Source: an uncultured delta proteobacterium (lineage in GTDB: Bacteria > Myxococcota_A > Polyangia > Fen-1088). Taken from it: a DNA stretch of 64,000 nt. Position 1 is the first letter of the stretch; each line of letters opens with the position of its first letter. Made by a program: the position numbers and the translations under genes. Location: contig CAVYGB010000010.1 of the NCBI GenBank assembly GCA_963767925.1, positions 1,376,001-1,440,000 of the forward strand, read 5' to 3'. Below the pieces are notes generated by a model, which saw only the letters and a program-made list of their open reading frames with translations, did no database searches and was not told the origin of the DNA. This document shows, piece by piece, positions 58,453-64,000 of this stretch.

Positions 58453-58544
58453 GGGGTTCCTCCGAGGTTTTCTGGCCGACGAGGAGCGGCAGTTTACATA
58501 CCTTCCCGGCGTTCGACGCAAGACGAGCCGTTTCGACCAGGCGT

Positions 58545-58587
58545 TTGACACCACCTTGACACCCGTACACCGGCGTCCGTATAGACT
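58545..58587 (+). promoter_or_regulatory. Direct repeats and candidate promoter upstream of the lactate permease
   Basis: TTGACACC at 58545 and 58556 (11-bp period); TATAGACT at 58580-58587. Confidence 0.4.
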
Positions 58588-58595
58588 CGCGCCCC

Positions 58596-60221
58596 GTGAA
58601 CGGCTGGCCCCAGAATTACGACCCACTGGGCTGGTGGCCGCTGTCGACGCTGGTCTCGGCGCTGCCCGTCCTGACGCTGTTTTTCTTCCTGGTGGTGCTG
58701 AAAAAGCGGGTCTGGATCTCGGCCCTGGCCGGCCTGATCGCCGCCGCGGCGCTGGCCGCCGGCGCCGTGGGCATGCCCGCGGTGCTGGTGCTGGCCTCGG
58801 CGGGGCACGGCTTCCTGTTCGGGATGCTGCGCATCGCCTGGATCATCGTGGCCTCGATGTTCCTCTACAACCTGTCGCTGTCGACCGGGCAGTTCCAGGT
58901 GATGAAGGACTCCATCGCCGGGCTCTCCTCGGACAAGCGGCTGCAGCTCATCCTGATCGCCTTCTGCTTCGGGGCCTTCCTCGAGGGGACCGGCGGCGGC
59001 GGCGCGCCGGTGGCGATCGCCGGCTCGTTCCTGATCGGCCTGGGCTTTCCCCCCTTCCAGGCGGCGACGTTGTGCCTGGTGGCCAACACCGCCCCGGTGG
59101 CCTGGGGCGCGGTGGGCAACCCGATCCGGGTGCTCGCCGGCGTCACTGGCCTGCCCGAGATGCAGCTCTCGGCCATGACCGGCCGGATCCTCGCCCCCTT
59201 CTCCCTGATCCTGCCGCTGTGGCTGGTGCGCAGCCAGGTCAACTGGCGCGAGACGCGCGAGGTGCTGCCCGCGGTGGCGGTGGCCGGCGTCTCCTTCGCC
59301 GGCATGCAGCTCTACTGGTCCAACTGGCAGGGCAGCGGCCTGGTCGACGTGGTGGCGGCCCTCTTCTCGCTGCTGATGATGGTGCTCTTCCTCAAGGTGT
59401 GGCGCCCGGCGCGGATCCTGCGTAACGAGGGCCAGAGCGAGGAGGTCGTCACCTCCCACAGCCACCTCGACGTCCTCAAGGGCTGGTCGCCCTTCCTGCT
59501 GGCCTCGGTCTTCATCTTCGTGACCGGCATGCCCTTCATCCGGAAGCACCTGCTGTTTCCGGCGCTGAGCTGGCCCATGCCCGCCCTGCACAACGCCGTG
59601 TTGCGGGTCCCGCCGGTGTCCCCCCGGCTCGAGCCGGAGTCGGCCATCGTCGACTTCAACTTCATCGCCCTGCCCGGCACCGCCGTCTTCGTGGCCGCCA
59701 TCCTCTCGGGCCTGCTGGCCGGCCTGCGCCTGTCGACGGTGATGCGCACCTTCGCCCGCACCGTGCGGGAGCTGATCCCCTCGCTGGCGTCGATCAGCTT
59801 CATGGTGGGGCTGGCCTACGTCACCAAGTACTCCGGCATGGACACGGTGATGGGCCTGTCGCTCACCCGCACCGGCGACTTCTTCCCCTTCTTCGGCACC
59901 CTGCTGGGCTGGCTGGGGGTGGCCCTCACCGGCACCGACGCCGGGTCGAACGCGCTGTTCGGCAACCTGCAGAAGGTGACCGCCGAGCAGCTCGGCATCT
60001 CGGCGGTCCTGATGGCCTCGGCCAACTCGGCCGGCGGCGTGATGGGGAAGATGATCGACGCCCAGTCGCTGGTCGTGTCAGCGACCGCCACCCGCCAGGT
60101 GGGCAACGAAGCGGCCATCTTCCGCGCCGTCATCAAGCACAGCATCGTCCTCGCCGCCCTGGTCGGCCTGGTGGTCACCCTCTACGCCCTGGTCCTGCCC
60201 GGGCTCATCCCCGGACCCTGA
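58596..60221 (+). CDS. lctP: L-lactate permease family transporter
   Basis: WPQNYDPLG, RLQLILIAFCFGAFLEG, ANTAPVAWGAVG, LTGTDAGSNALFGNLQ, GGVMGKMI. Confidence 0.93.
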   Translation: MNGWPQNYDPLGWWPLSTLVSALPVLTLFFFLVVLKKRVWISALAGLIAAAALAAGAVGMPAVLVLASAGHGFLFGMLRIAWIIVASMFLYNLSLSTGQFQVMKDSIAGLSSDKRLQLILIAFCFGAFLEGTGGGGAPVAIAGSFLIGLGFPPFQAATLCLVANTAPVAWGAVGNPIRVLAGVTGLPEMQLSAMTGRILAPFSLILPLWLVRSQVNWRETREVLPAVAVAGVSFAGMQLYWSNWQGSGLVDVVAALFSLLMMVLFLKVWRPARILRNEGQSEEVVTSHSHLDVLKGWSPFLLASVFIFVTGMPFIRKHLLFPALSWPMPALHNAVLRVPPVSPRLEPESAIVDFNFIALPGTAVFVAAILSGLLAGLRLSTVMRTFARTVRELIPSLASISFMVGLAYVTKYSGMDTVMGLSLTRTGDFFPFFGTLLGWLGVALTGTDAGSNALFGNLQKVTAEQLGISAVLMASANSAGGVMGKMIDAQSLVVSATATRQVGNEAAIFRAVIKHSIVLAALVGLVVTLYALVLPGLIPGP

Positions 60222-61820
60222 GGCCGACCCGTCTCCGCCCGGCGCGGGGGTGCGGTATCCGGCGAGCAGCCGCTCGATCTCCTCGATGGCGGTCGGCTTG
60301 CGCAGGTGCAGGTCGAAGCCGGCGGCGTGGGCCCGGGCGGCGTCCTCCGGCTGGCCGTAGCCAGTCAGCGCCACCAGCAAGATGTCGGGCCCCAGGGCGG
60401 CCCGCACCCGGCGGGCCACCTCGTAGCCGTCGATGCGGGGCAGGCCGATGTCGATGAGCGCCACCTCCGGCCGGGAGGTGAGGGCCTTTTTTACCCCCAT
60501 CTCGCCGTCGGCGGCCGCCTCCACCCGGTGCCCGATCTCGGACAGCAGCTCCTGCAGCGATTCCCGGATGTCCTCGGCGTCCTCCACCAGCAGCACGTGG
60601 CGGGGCTGGACCGAGCCGGCGACGGGCGGCGCGGCCGCGGCGCTCGGCGCGCGGGGGGCCACCGCCCGCTCCCACCCGGAGGTGAGCGGCAGGCGGAGGG
60701 TGAAGGTGCTCCCCCGGCCTGGCCCCTCGCTGTCCACCTCGACCCGCCCAGCGTGCAGCTCCACCAGCGATCGCACGACGGTGAGCCCCAGCCCCATGCC
60801 CCCCTGGGCACGGTCGAGCGTGCGGTCGGCCTGGGCGAAGGGCTCGAAGATCGTGGGCAACACGTCCCGGCCGATGCCGACCCCCGTGTCGGCCACCCGC
60901 ACCACCGCCCAGCCGGACTCGGCCCTGAGCGAGATCGTCACGTGCCCGACGGCCGGGGTGTATTTGAAGGCGTTGGTCAGCAGGTTGGTGAAGACCTGGT
61001 ACAGGCGCACGGGATCGCCGTCGAAGACGACCTCCTGCGCGGGCAGGTCCCAGACGAGCCGGGGCCCGATCCTCGCCTCGCCGGGAACCACCTCCTCGAC
61101 CGCCGCCCGCAGCAGGCCACCGATTTCGACGATTTGCCGTTGCAGGGTGATCTTCCCCGAGGTCACCCGGGCCACCTCGAGCAGATCGTCGACCAGGCGG
61201 GTGAGGTGGCCGATCTGCCGTTCGATCACCGACAGCGGGCGCTGGCCGGGCGTGTCCACCGAGCGGCGCAGCTTCAGGGTTTCGGAGGCGTGGCGGATGG
61301 CCGACAGGGGGTTGCGCAGCTCGTGGCCCAGCATGGCCAGGAACCGATCCCGGTGCCGCAGCTCCGACTCGCGCTGATCGAGCGCCCGGCGGGCCTGGTA
61401 CTGCCGCTGGCGCGCGCGCAGGGCCGCCCGGGCCGCGCTCACCAGGGTGGCAGGGTGCACCGGTCGCTCGAGGGCGGTCACGTTGCCCAGGCCGGCCAGC
61501 GACTCCAGCACGCGCAGGTTCTGGCTGGCCGAGGCCCCCCGGGCGGTGAAGACGACGATGGGAAAATCCGACCAGGGGGGCTGCTGGGCCAGCGCCGCCG
61601 AGGCCAGCGCCAGCGACGCGGGAGTGAAGGCCTCCTCAACCACCACCGCCGCGCCCGCCCCCCGCCGCAGCTCGCCCAGCAGCGTCTCCATGTCCGGGCA
61701 GACCCGGGCGGCGAGCCCGTGTTGCTCGAGCAGGCCGGCGGTCAAGGTGGCGTCGCGGCCGTAAGGGGCCAGCACCAGCACCCGGTGCTCGTCGACGCCG
61801 GACTCCCGCTCAGGCGGCAT
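60078..61820 (-). CDS. Hybrid sensor histidine kinase/response regulator
   Basis: Degenerate N-terminal receiver, LGHELRNPL, NLLTNAFKYT, DTGVG, GMGLGL, C-terminal receiver (LVED, DIGLP, KP). Confidence 0.93.
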   Translation of the reverse strand: MPPERESGVDEHRVLVLAPYGRDATLTAGLLEQHGLAARVCPDMETLLGELRRGAGAAVVVEEAFTPASLALASAALAQQPPWSDFPIVVFTARGASASQNLRVLESLAGLGNVTALERPVHPATLVSAARAALRARQRQYQARRALDQRESELRHRDRFLAMLGHELRNPLSAIRHASETLKLRRSVDTPGQRPLSVIERQIGHLTRLVDDLLEVARVTSGKITLQRQIVEIGGLLRAAVEEVVPGEARIGPRLVWDLPAQEVVFDGDPVRLYQVFTNLLTNAFKYTPAVGHVTISLRAESGWAVVRVADTGVGIGRDVLPTIFEPFAQADRTLDRAQGGMGLGLTVVRSLVELHAGRVEVDSEGPGRGSTFTLRLPLTSGWERAVAPRAPSAAAAPPVAGSVQPRHVLLVEDAEDIRESLQELLSEIGHRVEAAADGEMGVKKALTSRPEVALIDIGLPRIDGYEVARRVRAALGPDILLVALTGYGQPEDAARAHAAGFDLHLRKPTAIEEIERLLAGYRTPAPGGDGSASGSGDEPGQDQGVEGDHQADQGGEDDAVLDDGAEDGRFVAHLAGGGR

Positions 61821-63291
61821 CGCCGCCCAGCAGGCCGGCAGCGCCGCCCAGGTAGTCGGGCGCGCCGGTCAGCACGCCCTTGAACTCCGCCAGGGCGGGA
61901 CCGACCTGCACCCCCTTGTCGCTCAGGTGCAGCTCCCGGATCGACGACTCGTGGCGCCCCGTGCGCTTCTTGAGCACGGAGATGGCCTTGCGCACCCGCC
62001 CGGCCGCCTCGAAGTGGCGGGTCAAGATGACCGTGTCGGCCAGGTAGCTGACGTCGGCCGGGCTGGTGATGCCGCCGCCCACCAGGCCGTGCTGGGCCAT
62101 CGTGAGGAGGGTCAAGATGCCCCGCTGGCCCAGGTAGGCCAGCAGCTCGTGGAGCTGCAGGATGAGAAAGTCCTCGCTCGGCATGGCGTTGAGGTAGCCG
62201 TTGAGGCTGTCGATGATGACGATGCGGCTGTTGGCCCGCTCGACCTGCAGGCGGACCTGGCCGGCGAACTGCCCGGGCGGCACCTCGGCGGGGTCGATCT
62301 GGCGCAGGGTCACCTTCCCCGAATCGACGTGGCGGGCGAGATCGAGACCGAGCGAGCGCGAGCGGACCATCAAGGTGGCCAGGCTCTCGTCGAAGGCGTA
62401 ATGGGCGACGTTGTCGCCGCGGGCGGCCGCCGCCGTGATGAGCTGGGTGGCGAGGGCCGACTTGCCGGTGCCGGCCGGCCCCAGCAGCAGCGCGCTGGTC
62501 CCCGGCTCGAAGCCCCCGCCCAGCAGGGTGTCGAGCTCGGGCAAGCCGGTCGTGATGGGCGCCCGGGAAAACTCCTGGTGGTGCTCGGCCGCCACAAGAC
62601 GGGGGAAAACCTCGAGTCCCCCCGGGGCGAGGGCGAAGTCGTGGTACCCACCCCGGAAGTCGACGCCTCGGAGCTTGAGCACGCGCAGACGCCGGCGGTG
62701 GGCCCCGTAGGTCGGCGCGAGCTGCTCGAGCCGGACCACCCCGTGCACGAGGCTCTCGAGGTGGCCGTCGTTGCCGCCGCTGTGATCGTCGATCAGCAGG
62801 ACGGTGCAGTTCCGGTCCGCGAAATATTGCTTGAGGGCGAAGACCTCCCGCCGGTAGCGGAGCTGGCTCTGGGCCAGCAGCCGGATCTCCGAGAGCGAAT
62901 CGAACACCACCCGCTGCGGCTGCAGCTCCCGGCACCGATTCACGACCGCCCGGGTGGTCTCGGCCAGCTCCACCTCGGAGGGGTGAAACAGCGTGTTCTC
63001 ATCCTCGCCGCTGAGCGCCCCCGGCGGGGCCAGCTCGTGCAGATGTAACCCCTCCAGGGAGAAGCCGTGAGAGCGGGCTACCTGGGTCAGCTCCTCGCGG
63101 GTCTCGGAGAGGGTGACGTACAGGCAGCGCTCGCCGCGGCGCACGCCTTCCAGGAGATATTGCAGCGCGAGGGTGGTCTTGCCGACCCCCGGGTCACCCT
63201 GGATCAGGAGGAGGCGGCCACGCGGGAACCCACCCCGCAGGATGTCGTCCAGGCCGGCCACCCCCGTGGAAGAGACAGAGGCCTCGGTCAT
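61810..63291 (-). CDS. kaiC: KaiC-like double-RecA-domain ATPase
   Basis: Two Walker A motifs (GDPGVGKT, GPAGTGKS), KLRG and KKRTG motifs, DVSYLAD. Confidence 0.9.
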   Translation of the reverse strand: MTEASVSSTGVAGLDDILRGGFPRGRLLLIQGDPGVGKTTLALQYLLEGVRRGERCLYVTLSETREELTQVARSHGFSLEGLHLHELAPPGALSGEDENTLFHPSEVELAETTRAVVNRCRELQPQRVVFDSLSEIRLLAQSQLRYRREVFALKQYFADRNCTVLLIDDHSGGNDGHLESLVHGVVRLEQLAPTYGAHRRRLRVLKLRGVDFRGGYHDFALAPGGLEVFPRLVAAEHHQEFSRAPITTGLPELDTLLGGGFEPGTSALLLGPAGTGKSALATQLITAAAARGDNVAHYAFDESLATLMVRSRSLGLDLARHVDSGKVTLRQIDPAEVPPGQFAGQVRLQVERANSRIVIIDSLNGYLNAMPSEDFLILQLHELLAYLGQRGILTLLTMAQHGLVGGGITSPADVSYLADTVILTRHFEAAGRVRKAISVLKKRTGRHESSIRELHLSDKGVQVGPALAEFKGVLTGAPDYLGGAAGLLGGDAA

Positions 63292-63394
63292 CGTGAGAAC
63301 GTAATACCGAGGGTCAGGCTGTCGAGTCCCCTCTGTACTTTTTTGGCGGGTTCCGACCCGCCGCGCCTGGGCCCTCTCGGGGCGAATCCCGATC

Positions 63395-64000
63395 TCAGCG
63401 GGTCGGTGCGGCGATCAGCGTGATCTCGATGATCGACGTGCCGACCAGCTTGGACACGGCGGTCGTGGTCAGGGCCGGCGGGTCCTTGGGGAAGGTCTCG
63501 CGGAAGACCGCCAGCACCTTGTCCTGATCGTTCAGATCGGTGAGGTACACCTTGGCCTCCACCACGTCGCCGAAGCTGCCTCCCCCCTTCTGGAGGGCGC
63601 TGCCGATGCCCTCGAGCGCGGCCTTGGTGTGGGCCTCGATGCCGTCGCCCTTGCCGACCTTGCCGGCGGGATAGACCAGCGGACCGGCGGCCACCACCTC
63701 GCTGAAGTTCGGGTTGGGGCGGGCGCCCTCCGGCAGGAACACCTGCTTGCCGCTGCGGGTGGCGACGAAGGTGATCTCGATGGGGACGTCGCCGGGCAGC
63801 GCGGGCACACCGACCGTGGTGCGCGAGGGCGGCTCGGAGGCGAAGAAGGTGCGGTACACCTCGTTCATGCGGCCGATCATCGCCATGTCGGTGAGGTAGA
63901 CGTTGGCCGTCACCACGTTGGCCGGCGTCATGCCGGCCGACTCGAGCAGCAGGCGGATGTTCTCGAGGGTCTGCTTGGTGTGGGCCTCGATCTCGCCCGC
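63395..64000 (-). CDS. RidA-family protein with tandem domains (5' part outside the window)
   Basis: NVYLTDMA...PPSRTTVG...IEI and a second KVYLTDLN...PPALTT...IEI; frame stays open to the window edge. Confidence 0.85.
   Translation of the reverse strand, partial: AGEIEAHTKQTLENIRLLLESAGMTPANVVTANVYLTDMAMIGRMNEVYRTFFASEPPSRTTVGVPALPGDVPIEITFVATRSGKQVFLPEGARPNPNFSEVVAAGPLVYPAGKVGKGDGIEAHTKAALEGIGSALQKGGGSFGDVVEAKVYLTDLNDQDKVLAVFRETFPKDPPALTTTAVSKLVGTSIIEITLIAAPTR

Noticed and set aside
61810..63291. A true circadian clock
   Set aside because: No kaiA/kaiB nearby and the ST phosphosite pair is SY

Overview
Very GC-rich chromosomal window, most likely from a Myxococcota (Polyangia-like) bacterium. 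This is inferred from the many lipoproteins with Gly/Pro linkers and Cys-rich repeats, a vWA lipoprotein and a DUF1592/DUF1552 pair. 1-40 kb holds mostly housekeeping and envelope genes: a TetR-TolC-MFP-RND efflux operon with many frameshifts (probably read errors), an SDR, an orphan TPR-like/MinC C-terminal fusion, acyl-CoA dehydrogenase, AlkB, a class-III aminotransferase, a membrane protein/wHTH/uppS operon with a palindromic operator, an IS630-type MITE-like long hairpin, PP2C, L-fuconate dehydratase, an ECF sigma/anti-sigma pair, a PLD, a 1663-aa surface lipoprotein, DUF5916 and an S9 peptidase. About 40.43-56.61 kb is an island-like mosaic with visibly more A/T at third codon positions, no integrase, and several abutting gene fragments. 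It contains a 2181-aa lipoprotein-type SpvB/TcdB-Rhs toxin with a C-terminal HNH nuclease and a DUF4265 putative immunity gene, a DUF4157-like HExxH protein, and two small Pro-rich ORFs that share an N-terminal leader. 56.6-64 kb encodes an exported amidohydrolase, a RidA with a twin-arginine leader, a lactate permease, a KaiC-like ATPase coupled to a hybrid kinase, and a tandem-domain RidA. No rRNA, tRNA or CRISPR array was seen. All family calls come from motif recognition by eye; no database searches were run.
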